Shown in pieces: positions 46,219 to 55,831 of a DNA stretch of 64,000 bases. Each line of letters begins with the position of its first letter. The first letter of the stretch is position 1. The translations under genes and the position numbers were made by a program. Below the pieces are notes generated by a model, which was given only the letters and a program-made list of their open reading frames with translations, did no database searches and was not told where the DNA came from. This stretch comes from Gammaproteobacteria bacterium (GTDB taxonomy: Bacteria; Pseudomonadota; Gammaproteobacteria; Steroidobacterales; Woeseiaceae): positions 110 through 64,109 of the forward strand of contig JAOUGX010000004.1 of NCBI GenBank assembly GCA_029865385.1, given 5' to 3'.

Positions 46219-48003
46219 TCAGTACACCCGCGCTTTCGGCGGAACAGATTCAACTTCATCGGTCAGCGTATCGAGATGCACGGGCCGGTAATCGAAAGCT
46301 ACCTTGCCCGCCTCATCGACCCAGGACAAGGTGTGCTTCATCCAGTTTGTGTCATCCCTGTCGGGAAAATCCTCACGCGCATGTGCGCCCCGGCTTTCCC
46401 GCCGATTGGCCGCAGACTCGATCGTCGCCGTGGCATTCAACAGCAGGTTCTCGAGCTCCATAGTCTCGACCAGATCCGTATTCCAGATCATCGATCGGTC
46501 ACTGACACGCACATCCGCAAATGATGCGAATGTACTGCGCAATTTCTCGACGCCCTCGCCGAGCGATTCCCCGGTGCGAAAAACCGCCGCATGGTTCTGC
46601 ATGGTCTTCTGCATTTCCAGGCGAATTTCGGCAGTAGAGCGGCCACCTTTGGCATTTCTCAATGCATCGATGCGAGCGACGCTGTTTTGACCGGCATCCG
46701 CCGAGAACGGCGCATGGCGCTGGCCGGGCCGAAGGATTTTCGCGCAATGTTTTGCTGCCGCCCTGCCGAATACAACAAGGTCCAGTAAGGAATTCGATCC
46801 GAGGCGGTTCGCGCCGTGAACCGACACACAAGCCGCTTCGCCGACCGCCATCAGGCCGGCCACCGCTGCGTCCGGATTGCCGTCACGCGACGTGACTACT
46901 TCGCCGTTGTAGTTTGCCGGGATGCCGCCCATGTTGTAGTGAACGGTTGGCAATACCGGAATCGGCGCACGAGTGACATCGACCGCCGCGAAAATCCTCG
47001 CAGATTCGGCGATGCCCGGCAGTCTTTCATTGATAACTTCAGGACCCAAATGCTCCAGGTGCAGATAAATATGGTCCTTCTCCGCGCCGACGCCGCGACC
47101 TTCACGAATCTCGATGGTCATCGAACGGCTGACCACATCGCGCGACGCCAGATCTTTGGCATTCGGCGCGTATCGTTCCATGAATCGTTCGCCGTCGGCA
47201 TTAGTCAGGTACCCGCCCTCGCCGCGAACGCCTTCGGTTATCAGCATGCCGGCGCCGTAAATTCCAGTCGGGTGGAATTGCACGAATTCCATATCCTGCA
47301 CCGGCAATCCGGCACGCAGCACCATTGCGTTCCCATCCCCGGTGCAGGTGTGCGCGGAGGTGCAGGAAAAATAGGCACGGCCGTAACCGCCGGTTGCCAG
47401 GATCACCATGTGCGATCGAAAACGGTGCAAGCGACCGGTTGCGAGGTCGATTGCCACAACTCCGCGACACGCGCCATCTTCCATGATCAGGTCGACGGCG
47501 AAATACTCAATGAAAAACTCGGCATGGTGTTTCAGCGATTGCTGGTAAAGCGTATGTAGCATGGCGTGGCCGGTTCGATCTGCTGCCGCGCAGGTGCGCT
47601 GCGCCGTTCCTTCACCATAATGGGTGGTCATACCGCCGAATGGACGCTGATAAATCCGGCCATCTTCAGTACGTGAAAAAGGAACGCCGTAATGTTCGAG
47701 CTCTATGACGGCATCCGCTGCTTCCTTGCACATGTACTCGATGGCATCCTGATCTCCGAGCCAGTCCGACCCCTTGATCGTGTCGTACATATGCCAACGC
47801 CAGTCGTCTGCGCCCATGTTGCCCAGCGCTGCGCTGATTCCGCCCTGCGCCGCCACCGTGTGGCTTCGCGTCGGAAACACTTTCGTAATACAGGCAGTGC
47901 TGAAGCCGCCCTCGGCAAGGCCGAATGTCGCCCTCAGCCCTGCGCCTCCGGCGCCGATGACAACCACGTCGTAGCTGTGGTCGATGAATTCGAAATCGCT
48001 CAT
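46219..48003 (-). CDS. sdhA: Succinate dehydrogenase flavoprotein subunit
   Basis: [23 protein letters not shown] (FAD-attachment His), 594 aa. Confidence 0.97.
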   Translation of the reverse strand: MSDFEFIDHSYDVVVIGAGGAGLRATFGLAEGGFSTACITKVFPTRSHTVAAQGGISAALGNMGADDWRWHMYDTIKGSDWLGDQDAIEYMCKEAADAVIELEHYGVPFSRTEDGRIYQRPFGGMTTHYGEGTAQRTCAAADRTGHAMLHTLYQQSLKHHAEFFIEYFAVDLIMEDGACRGVVAIDLATGRLHRFRSHMVILATGGYGRAYFSCTSAHTCTGDGNAMVLRAGLPVQDMEFVQFHPTGIYGAGMLITEGVRGEGGYLTNADGERFMERYAPNAKDLASRDVVSRSMTIEIREGRGVGAEKDHIYLHLEHLGPEVINERLPGIAESARIFAAVDVTRAPIPVLPTVHYNMGGIPANYNGEVVTSRDGNPDAAVAGLMAVGEAACVSVHGANRLGSNSLLDLVVFGRAAAKHCAKILRPGQRHAPFSADAGQNSVARIDALRNAKGGRSTAEIRLEMQKTMQNHAAVFRTGESLGEGVEKLRSTFASFADVRVSDRSMIWNTDLVETMELENLLLNATATIESAANRRESRGAHAREDFPDRDDTNWMKHTLSWVDEAGKVAFDYRPVHLDTLTDEVESVPPKARVY

Positions 48004-48386
48004 GGCGATTCTCCGAGCGAAATTCTCATAACGGCAAAGACGGCGACGAAAGTCACAAAGACGTGAACGAAGCGATTCACAAGCAACGCAATGACTTTCA
48101 GCATCGGACCGTGCACATAGTCCTCAATGACGACCTGGACGCCCAGTGTCGAATGCCATGCCAGCGTGCAACACAACATCAGCAACATGACGCTGTTCCA
48201 AGGTTGAGCAATCCAGGCAACAACTTCTGCGTGTGCGAAGTCCGTCAGTTCGGTCAGCGACCACAGAAACCACGCGCCGAGCAGCAACAGCCCGGCCGCA
48301 GAAACGCGTTGCGCCCACCAGTGGCCTGTGCCGTCCTTCGCCGAACCGGAGCCCAGCACGCGACCGAGCGGAGATCTCAAACTCAT
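48000..48386 (-). CDS. sdhD: Succinate dehydrogenase hydrophobic membrane anchor subunit
   Basis: 128 aa, [12 protein letters not shown], three TM helices, 4-nt overlap with sdhA. Confidence 0.88.
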   Translation of the reverse strand: MSLRSPLGRVLGSGSAKDGTGHWWAQRVSAAGLLLLGAWFLWSLTELTDFAHAEVVAWIAQPWNSVMLLMLCCTLAWHSTLGVQVVIEDYVHGPMLKVIALLVNRFVHVFVTFVAVFAVMRISLGESP

Positions 48387-48396
48387 TCAGGTTTTC

Positions 48397-48771
48397 CTAG
48401 AATGTCAGCCAGTAAGCAAGTGTCATCACGACGGTGAGAACGATGACTACCCATGCCGACGCGTTCGCCTGGTGCTTTTCGAAACCGTAACCGGCATCCC
48501 AGAAGAAATGCCGTACGCCGTTCGCCAGGTGAAAGAAGAAAGCGAAACTCCAGGCGGCCAGCAGCAACCTTCCCGGCAAACTGCTCATAGTCGTCGCGAA
48601 AGCCTTGTATTCCTCGGCCCCTGCCGCCGCAGCGAGCATCCATGCCGCCAGCGCCAGAAAACCCACAGCCAGGCCAACGCCGGTAATCCTGTGCAGAATC
48701 GACAAGGTCATCGTTATCGGCCAGCGATAAACCGAGAGGTGCGGCGACACGGGTCTGTTTAGCTGTGACAT
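48397..48771 (-). CDS. sdhC: Succinate dehydrogenase cytochrome b556 subunit
   Basis: MSQLNRPVSPHLSVYRWPITMTLSILHRITG; track start 48816 trimmed to ATG 48771. Confidence 0.9.
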   Translation of the reverse strand: MSQLNRPVSPHLSVYRWPITMTLSILHRITGVGLAVGFLALAAWMLAAAAGAEEYKAFATTMSSLPGRLLLAAWSFAFFFHLANGVRHFFWDAGYGFEKHQANASAWVVIVLTVVMTLAYWLTF

Positions 48772-48840
48772 TCTGGCTGCTTCTTGCTTTCGCCGGTTCT
48801 TTTCCCCCGGCGTCAATTGTTCCGTTTAGTTTCGCTTGTC

Positions 48841-48879
48841 CGATTTCTTGTTTTCGAGGTCTCGCTCTCGATTTCTTGT
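48841..48879. repeat. 11-bp perfect direct repeat CGATTTCTTGT x2 (28 bp start to start) upstream of sdhC
   Basis: Read directly at 48841-48851 and 48869-48879, in the 130-bp spacer between the DUF1674 gene and sdhC. The region is strongly purine-rich on the coding strand. Confidence 0.7.
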
Positions 48880-48901
48880 ACTCGAATTGCCGGGATTTCC
48901 G

Positions 48902-49096
48902 TCAGAAGTCAATGCATCGGCCTGCCTTTTCCCAGTCGCCGAATCTTGTTGGATCCGGACCTTCGCGCCCGCCTATTTCCTTTTGCGGGCTGCGGACTTT
49001 ATGCTCCGGCTCCGACAAGCCGTTCTTAACTCTCGGCGCGGCTGGTTCGTTGTCCTGCCCGCGCACTGCGGGTCGATTGTCGGTTTTTTCGGGCAC
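48902..49096 (-). CDS. DUF1674 (SDHAF4-like) small protein
   Basis: 64 aa; C-terminus EIGGREGPDPTRFGDWEKAGRCIDF matches the DUF1674/SDHAF4 signature (EIGGP.GPEPTRYGDWE.KGR..DF, recalled from memory). GTG start at 49096. Confidence 0.75.
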   Translation of the reverse strand: MPEKTDNRPAVRGQDNEPAAPRVKNGLSEPEHKVRSPQKEIGGREGPDPTRFGDWEKAGRCIDF

Positions 49097-49136
49097 AGGC
49101 GCAGTATGCCAGACAGTGTATGGTTATGCAGAGCGC

Positions 49137-49997
49137 ATGTTGCCAATTGTTACAAGCAAGCTGCCGGATGGAGCCGTATCGGTGTACACAATCATTCATG
49201 TCAGGGGCAGCGATGCTGCGGAATTTCTGCAGGGGCAGCTAACCCAGGATGTCACCAGACTGAAAAACGACCGTTGTCTGCCTGCGGCCTGGTGCAATCC
49301 GCAGGGACGGGTCGTTATGACCCTGAGAGTATTGGCGATCGACAGGGATTTCGCGCTGGTGATTCCGCAGGATTCGGCCGAATCGGCGCTGGCCCGGCTG
49401 CGCATGTACCGTCTGCGCGCCAAAGTTGAATTCCTGCCGGATGCGGGCGACTGGCAGCTGTTCGCCGTTGCCGACGGCTGCATCGGAACTGAAAGACTAC
49501 CCGCCGATATCTGCTTTGCACAGCTTGCATCGGAAGACCCCGTGCTCGAAATTTTTGCCTCCCGCGACGCAGTCGGGAGAGCGGGCCTCAGGAACACACC
49601 GCAGCTCGACACCGTCGCGTGGCAGCTGGCGAGAATTTGTGCTGGACAGGTTGACGTCTGCGCGGCCAATACGACCCAGTACACGCCGCATATGCTGAAC
49701 CTCGACCTGACCGGCGCCATCAGTTTCAGGAAGGGCTGCTACACGGGTCAGGAAATCGTCGCCCGTACCGAGAATCTGGGTCGCAGCAAACGGCGCACGT
49801 TTCGATACTCGTGCGATGAGCCGGATCTGGCGATCGGCGCTACGCTGCGGGACGGCGACCAAAACGTTGGCACGATTGTAAACGTCAGCGGCAACGCGTT
49901 GCTCGCCGTTGTGCCTGTCGCCCTCGCAGGAAAACCGCTGCACATTCGGGGGGTCGAGGCAACTCCGCAGCCCCTGCCTTACGAAATACCGGCTTAG
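49137..49997 (+). CDS. ygfZ: Folate-binding Fe-S cluster repair protein YgfZ
   Basis: IHVRGSDAAEFLQGQLTQDV and KGCYTGQEIVAR motifs. ATG 49137; the upstream 124-codon extension in the track was rejected. Confidence 0.85.
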   Translation: MLPIVTSKLPDGAVSVYTIIHVRGSDAAEFLQGQLTQDVTRLKNDRCLPAAWCNPQGRVVMTLRVLAIDRDFALVIPQDSAESALARLRMYRLRAKVEFLPDAGDWQLFAVADGCIGTERLPADICFAQLASEDPVLEIFASRDAVGRAGLRNTPQLDTVAWQLARICAGQVDVCAANTTQYTPHMLNLDLTGAISFRKGCYTGQEIVARTENLGRSKRRTFRYSCDEPDLAIGATLRDGDQNVGTIVNVSGNALLAVVPVALAGKPLHIRGVEATPQPLPYEIPA

Positions 49998-50018
49998 GTA
50001 CGTCCGGCATCCGCTGCG

Positions 50019-51521
50019 CTAGTCGAATACTTCGGGGCGCATGTGCGGAAACAGCAGCACGTCGCGGATCGATGGCGAGTTCGTAAACAACATGACGAGG
50101 CGGTCTATCCCGAGGCCAAGCCCTGCCGTCGGCGGCAGCCCGTATTCAAGCGATCGTATGTAATCGGCATCGAATGCCATGGCTTCGTCGTCACCCGCCT
50201 TGCGATTGGCAGCCTGGGCGCGAAACCGTTCCGCCTGGTCTTCCGGGTCATTCAGCTCCGAGAAGCCGTTAGCCAATTCGCGGCCGGAAACGAAAAACTC
50301 GAAACGGTCCGTGACAAAGCCATCCTCGTCGTTCTTTCGCGATAGCGGCGAAACTTCAGTCGGGTAGGAGGTTATGAAGGTAGGCGCCCGCAATTGTGCC
50401 TCGCAGGTCTTTTCGAAGATCTCCATCTGCAACTTGCCACTGCCAAAGACCTTTTCGATCTTTATGCCCAGTTCGGCAGCAATCGCTGCGAGATAGTCGC
50501 GATCGCGAAGACTCGACGTTTCGATCTCCGGGTTGAATCGAATAATGGCTTCCTCGAGAGTCATGCGTTCGAACGGTTTGGAAAAGTCGTACCGCTCTCC
50601 CTGGTATTCGACAACAGTTGTGCCAAGCACTGCTTGCGACATTCCTTTGAGCAGCGCTTCGACCAATTCGATCAGGTCCTCGTAGTCGGCATAGGCGCGG
50701 TACAGTTCCAGCATCGTGAACTCGGGATTGTGCTGGGTCGAAACGCCTTCGTTACGAAAGTTCCGGTTAATCTCGTAAACGCGCTCGAATCCTCCTACAA
50801 CCAGCCTTTTGAGGTAGAGCTCCGGAGCGATCCGCAAGAAAAGGGTCATATCCAGCGCATTGTGATGAGTCGTAAACGGCCTGGCCAGCGCGCCGCCCGG
50901 TGTCGGTTGCATCATTGGAGTTTCGACTTCCAGAAAATCCTGCGAATCCATGAAGGCGCGAATATAGGAAATGATTCGCGACCGCGTACGAAACACGTCG
51001 CGGCTTTCCGCATTCATGATCAGATCGACGTAGCGCTGCCGGTAACGGGTTTCCTGGTCTGCGAGGCCGTGAAATTTCTCCGGCAGCGGCCGCAAGGATT
51101 TAGTCAGCAAGCGCAGCTCTTCGACCATAACGGTAAGTTCACCGGTCTGGGTTTTGAACAGGTGTCCGGATGCGCCGACGATATCGCCCACGTCCCATTT
51201 CTTGAAGTCCTGGTAGCAGCCATCCGGCAAGCGGTCCCTCTCGAGGCGCAATTGAATCTGTCCGGTCCGGTCCTGGAGCTTTGCGAAACTGGCTTTTCCC
51301 ATGACCCGTTTGGCCATCATGCGCCCTGCCACGCGGACGGTGACATGTTCTTCGCGAAGCTTTTCCCCTTCGTGCTGGCCCCAGGTTGCATGCAATTCTT
51401 CCGCCAGCGAGTTTCGCCGGAAATCGTTCGGATAGGCATTGCCGGTTTCCCGTCGCGCGTCGAGTTTGCGTCGCCGCTCCGCAATTAGCGCGTTCTCGTC
51501 CTTGTCATTCTCGTCAACCAC
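50019..51521 (-). CDS. lysS: Lysine--tRNA ligase (class II)
   Basis: 500 aa with class II motifs ([38 protein letters not shown]). GTG start directly after the prfB stop. Confidence 0.96.
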   Translation of the reverse strand: MVDENDKDENALIAERRRKLDARRETGNAYPNDFRRNSLAEELHATWGQHEGEKLREEHVTVRVAGRMMAKRVMGKASFAKLQDRTGQIQLRLERDRLPDGCYQDFKKWDVGDIVGASGHLFKTQTGELTVMVEELRLLTKSLRPLPEKFHGLADQETRYRQRYVDLIMNAESRDVFRTRSRIISYIRAFMDSQDFLEVETPMMQPTPGGALARPFTTHHNALDMTLFLRIAPELYLKRLVVGGFERVYEINRNFRNEGVSTQHNPEFTMLELYRAYADYEDLIELVEALLKGMSQAVLGTTVVEYQGERYDFSKPFERMTLEEAIIRFNPEIETSSLRDRDYLAAIAAELGIKIEKVFGSGKLQMEIFEKTCEAQLRAPTFITSYPTEVSPLSRKNDEDGFVTDRFEFFVSGRELANGFSELNDPEDQAERFRAQAANRKAGDDEAMAFDADYIRSLEYGLPPTAGLGLGIDRLVMLFTNSPSIRDVLLFPHMRPEVFD

Positions 51522-52617
51522 TTACAATCCTTGCTTCAAACTCGCTTCGATGAACTGATCGAGGCTTCCGTCCAATACAGCCTGAGTGTTACCGGTTTCA
51601 ACGCCGGTACGCAAATCCTTTATTCGACTTTGATCGAGAACGTAAGATCGAATCTGGCTACCCCAGCCGACATCCGCCTTGCTGTCTTCGACCTCCGACG
51701 CCTTGGCACGCCGCTGCTGCAATTCGAATTCGTACAACTTCGCCTTGAGTTGCTTCATCGCCGTCGCCTTATTCTTGTGCTGCGAGCGATCGTTCTGGCA
51801 CTGCACGACGATATTGGTCGGCAGATGAGTGATTCGGACAGCCGATTCGGTACGGTTTACGTGCTGTCCTCCGGCACCACTCGCGCGATACACATCGATA
51901 CGAAGGTCGGATGGATCGATCTCAATTTCGATTTCGTCATCGACTTCCGGCGAAACGAACACGGAAGCAAACGATGTGTGCCGCCGATTTCCGGAATCGA
52001 AAGGCGATTTGCGCACCAGGCGATGCACACCGGTCTCGGTTCGCAGCCAGCCGTAGGCGTAATCACCGCTGATCTGCACCGTTGCACTCTTTATTCCGGC
52101 GACCTCGCCCTCGGACGCTTCGATCACATCGGTCTGAAAACCGTGCGCCTCGGCCCAGCGCAGGTACATGCGCAGCAGCATGTCGGCCCAATCCTGCGCT
52201 TCCGTGCCGCCGGCGCCGGATTGAATATCAACGAATGCATTTGCCTGATCCATTTCGCCGGCAAACATACGGCGAAATTCCAATCCCGATACCTGTGCCT
52301 CGATTTTGTCGAGGTCGGTTTGTATTTCTGCAAGCGTGGATTCGTCATCTTCTTCCAGCGCGAGATCCAGCAATTCGGCAGCATCACTGATGTTGCGTGT
52401 CAGTTTGTCCAGCGCATCGACGATATCTTCTAATTGCGCCTGCTCCCTGCCCAGCGCGCGGGCACGATCAGGGTTTCCCCAGACGCCCGGATCTTCCAGT
52501 TCGCGACGTACCTCGGCCAGACGTTCCGCTGACATATCGTAGTCAAAGGTACCCCCTCAACGCTTCTATGCGTTGCTTGAGATCGACGACCCACGGCCTC
52601 AGTTGACTGCTTTCCAT
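51522..52617 (-). CDS. prfB: Peptide chain release factor 2 (requires programmed +1 frameshift)
   Basis: Frame 0 is [24 protein letters not shown] followed by TGA. The +1 frame continues [12 protein letters not shown]... with SPF and GGQ motifs, total about 364 aa. Confidence 0.95.
52542..52557 (-). promoter_or_regulatory. prfB programmed +1 ribosomal frameshift site
   Basis: The minus strand reads AGGGGGUAC CUU UGA C. The SD-like element, CUU slippery codon and in-frame UGA match the E. coli arrangement. Confidence 0.9.
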
Positions 52618-52658
52618 CGCTATTTGATTACCCGGCGAGACAAAAACGCGGCATGTTA

Positions 52659-54386
52659 TCACGCAACGCTGACGATCTGTTCGACTACAAGTTGCGGCGT
52701 TTCGAAGCCCCGGTACTCGTTGACGTCGAGCCGATAGGCAAGCAGCACGGTGCCACGATAAACGGGCCCGGCCTGGCGAAACGCAATAGCGTCCAACAGC
52801 TGGCCACCGTCGCATGCACGAACCTTCAGTTTCAGATGATTGTCACCAACTGTTCGTTGTTCGATGACATCGAACGCGCCGCTGAACAGCGGCTCCGGAA
52901 AGCCCGCGCCCCATGGCCCCGCACTCCGCAGCGTCCTGGCAAACTCGAGGTTCATGCCGCCCGGAGGCAATGCACCGTCCGTCAATATGGCGCCGCTGAA
53001 ATCGGCGTCAGGGTAGAGGCGCCTTAACTGCCGCGATGCCGCGCCGGTGAACTCGGCAAAATTGTCCTCCGCCAGACTCAATCCGGCGGCCATCGCATGC
53101 CCTCCGTATCGGCCGATCAGGCCGGGTTGAGCAGTAGCGACACTTTCCAGCAGATCGCGTATATGCACGCCGGGCACAGAGCGTGCAGAGCCTTTCAGTT
53201 CTCCCGCGTCGCTGCGCGCGAAAGCGATCGCCGGTCGGTGACAACGCTCTTTAACGCGCGACGCGATCAGGCCGACCACACCCTGGTGCCAGCGCGGGTC
53301 GAATACGCAAACGCAATCGGGCAAGCGCGTGGCTTCCATTGATTCGACGAAACCGAATGCCTGTTCACGCATTCCTGCCTCGATGCTTTGTCGATCGCGA
53401 TTGATTTCGTCGAGCAAGGCCGCGAATCGGCGCGCCTGCGAGAAATCGTCAGTCAGCAGGCACTCGATGCCGATCGACATGTCTTCCAGCCGGCCGGCCG
53501 CATTAAGCCGCGGCCCGACTGCAAATCCGAGATCCGTGCTGACGATCCGCTTCGCCTGCCGGCCTGCCTGCTCGAGTATTGCGTTTATCCCGGCAACAGA
53601 CTGACCCGCACGGATGCGTTGCAACCCTTGTTCAACGAGAATCCGGTTGTTGTGATCCAGTGACACGACGTCGGCAACGGTACCGAGCGCGACCAGATCG
53701 AGATAGCGTGCCGGAATTTTCGACGCTCCTGCCAGGCCATCGTCTTCGAGTCGCCTGCCGAGAGCGGCCATCAGGTAAAAAGCGACGCCTACGCCTGCCA
53801 GATTGGGGCTCGCGAACCGGCTGTCTTGCAGATTCGGATTCACGATAACCGCAGCAGCCGGCAGTACTTCGCCAGGCAGGTGATGATCCGTAACCAGCAC
53901 CTGCATACCCAGCCGACCGGCCTCTTCGACGCCTGGAATGCAGGCAATGCCGCTGTCCACGGTCAACAGCAATCCCGGTTGCCGCTCGGCAGCTACGCGG
54001 ACAATTTCAGGCGTAAGTCCGTAGCCGAAATCGAATCGATTCGGCACCAGGTAGGACACATCGGAAAAACCGAAATGACGCAGGCAGCGAAGTACCAATG
54101 CCGTGCTGGTCGCACCATCGGCATCGAAATCACCGATGATGGTCATGCGACGGTCGCGATAGCGGAGCAACAGCTCGACGGCATCGTTGATTCCCGGCAG
54201 CGAACTGACCGGCGCCAGCAAGCCGAGGGAATAGTCGAGCTCCCGCAACGACCTGACGCCGCGCGCAGCATAAACGCGCGCCAGCACAGGTGATATTTTG
54301 CCGAATTCCTCGCCCTCGGCGGACGCGGCCAGCTCGCGCTTTCGCACTGGCCGGACCCGCGTCTGCATAACATCCGGCCTTGTCAT
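52659..54386 (-). CDS. recJ: Single-stranded-DNA-specific exonuclease RecJ
   Basis: DHH motifs (IIGDFDADGATS, VTDHH), 575 aa from ATG 54386 (ATGA overlap with the upstream gene). Track start 54650 trimmed. Confidence 0.93.
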   Translation of the reverse strand: MTRPDVMQTRVRPVRKRELAASAEGEEFGKISPVLARVYAARGVRSLRELDYSLGLLAPVSSLPGINDAVELLLRYRDRRMTIIGDFDADGATSTALVLRCLRHFGFSDVSYLVPNRFDFGYGLTPEIVRVAAERQPGLLLTVDSGIACIPGVEEAGRLGMQVLVTDHHLPGEVLPAAAVIVNPNLQDSRFASPNLAGVGVAFYLMAALGRRLEDDGLAGASKIPARYLDLVALGTVADVVSLDHNNRILVEQGLQRIRAGQSVAGINAILEQAGRQAKRIVSTDLGFAVGPRLNAAGRLEDMSIGIECLLTDDFSQARRFAALLDEINRDRQSIEAGMREQAFGFVESMEATRLPDCVCVFDPRWHQGVVGLIASRVKERCHRPAIAFARSDAGELKGSARSVPGVHIRDLLESVATAQPGLIGRYGGHAMAAGLSLAEDNFAEFTGAASRQLRRLYPDADFSGAILTDGALPPGGMNLEFARTLRSAGPWGAGFPEPLFSGAFDVIEQRTVGDNHLKLKVRACDGGQLLDAIAFRQAGPVYRGTVLLAYRLDVNEYRGFETPQLVVEQIVSVA

Positions 54387-55363
54387 GTGCTGGCCGGCCA
54401 GTTTGGCCAGGAACGACCGCGCCAGAATGCGTACAGCTGCGATCGTCCGAGACGCAACACCCAGCCGTCGGCGAACACAAACGTCAGGTGCTGAATCCAG
54501 CCCAGAGCGAGTTGCCGCTTGAGCGCACGGAGAAACCGATCGGTCGTTGATTCGGCGCACTCGCTGCCTGCAAGGATGAGGACAAAACCCCGGGGCAGGA
54601 TATCGGGCTGTTCCGGCAACGGAGTGTGTTTTGCGCCGACACTCTGCCAATAGCCGCGGAACAACGCATCGCTACCGAAAAGCGGCGGCAGCGCCTGGTC
54701 GCACTGCGATGCAGCCCCCCCGCCCCAGAACCAGATCGAATTGACCGGCGGCAATCCCTGTTCCTCGCGATGCCTGTTGAATTCCGCATCGTGCAACAGC
54801 AGTTGCAGCTCACCGGTCAGCCTATCGTGCTCGCGGGCATCCGCACCGTCTGGCAGATCATCGCCGGGTTCGGCACGATTCAGCAGCGCGGCGCTTCGGC
54901 CTGCGGTAGCAAAGCGGGGTTCGCCGAACAGATATCCGTGCCCGCCGATCTGCCGGAATTGCCGCTGGCTATCCCCTGCCTGTCGTTGCAGGAACTCGAA
55001 GAGCTGCCGCCTTTCGTCGTCCGCCAGTACATTCCCGTCCAGCGAATGCACCAGGACATGATCGAGCCTGGCTTCGATATACACGGGATCTGCGGCACAC
55101 AGCCATCCGTCCGGGCGTTGTCCGGTCTGGCCCCAGCAACGCAGCGCTGCCAATCCGGCATGCGGAATCCCGTAGCCCAGTTCATCGAGCACGGTCGCCA
55201 GTGCTTCGGTGCGGGTTTCCCGATGACGCAATTGGCCGCGGCTCATCCAGCGGCCGTTTTCGGCAAGCAAGTCCGGTACCGACGCCGCCGCCGGCAGCAC
55301 AACGATGGCATGCCGCCGAATGGTGGCTGTCGAATACTCGTTTGATGATTGCGGATTGATCAA
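54383..55363 (-). CDS. Conserved hypothetical 326-aa protein, translationally coupled to recJ
   Basis: Clean ORF that I cannot assign to a family with confidence. Its stop overlaps the recJ ATG. Confidence 0.65.
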   Translation of the reverse strand: MINPQSSNEYSTATIRRHAIVVLPAAASVPDLLAENGRWMSRGQLRHRETRTEALATVLDELGYGIPHAGLAALRCWGQTGQRPDGWLCAADPVYIEARLDHVLVHSLDGNVLADDERRQLFEFLQRQAGDSQRQFRQIGGHGYLFGEPRFATAGRSAALLNRAEPGDDLPDGADAREHDRLTGELQLLLHDAEFNRHREEQGLPPVNSIWFWGGGAASQCDQALPPLFGSDALFRGYWQSVGAKHTPLPEQPDILPRGFVLILAGSECAESTTDRFLRALKRQLALGWIQHLTFVFADGWVLRLGRSQLYAFWRGRSWPNWPAST

Positions 55364-55451
55364 GGTATAGGGGCTTGCCGCTGGAATTGCGACTCGGGCA
55401 CTATGGTAACCGCCGCTGTCCGCGAACGCATTAACAGATGAACATTGCAGA

Positions 55452-55820
55452 ATGAAATTCAGCAGAGACCAATTGTCGCCACTGACGATCCGCGAGGCCG
55501 AACCGGGCTTGGTCAGGATCGGGACCGATGAATTCCGACACGATGTCGCATTGACTGCGGACGGAAACGTAATCGACTTTTCCTTGCCGGCAATGGACTC
55601 GCTGACCGAAAAACGGCTGGGTGAGCTGCTTCAGGCGGAGCCGGAAATGCTCATTATCGGCACCGGATGGAAATCCATGCTTCCACCGCGGGAACTGGTA
55701 TTCGCCATGGCGCGCCGCGGCGTCGGCATTGAAGTTATGGATACGCCCGCCGCCTGCCGCACGTTCAACATCCTGGTCGGCGAAGGTCGACGTCCGGCGG
55801 CAATAATAAAGATAAGCTAG
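55452..55820 (+). CDS. Mth938-like (DUF498/NDUFAF3-like) domain protein
   Basis: 122 aa; PEMLIIGTGWKSMLPP...GIEVMDTPAACRTFNIL is typical of the family. Confidence 0.75.
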   Translation: MKFSRDQLSPLTIREAEPGLVRIGTDEFRHDVALTADGNVIDFSLPAMDSLTEKRLGELLQAEPEMLIIGTGWKSMLPPRELVFAMARRGVGIEVMDTPAACRTFNILVGEGRRPAAIIKIS

Positions 55821-55831
55821 AACCGGCAACT

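Noticed and set aside
45427-46524. 365-aa plus-strand ORF
   Set aside because: It is antisense to sdhB/sdhA and has no recognisable motifs, so it is a shadow ORF.
48765-49136. 124-codon N-terminal extension of ygfZ
   Set aside because: YgfZ homology begins at ATG 49137. The extension covers the sdhC leader and the DUF1674 gene on the other strand and is a pyrimidine-rich, low-complexity translation.
50394-51488. 364-aa plus-strand ORF
   Set aside because: It is antisense to lysS, so it is a shadow ORF.
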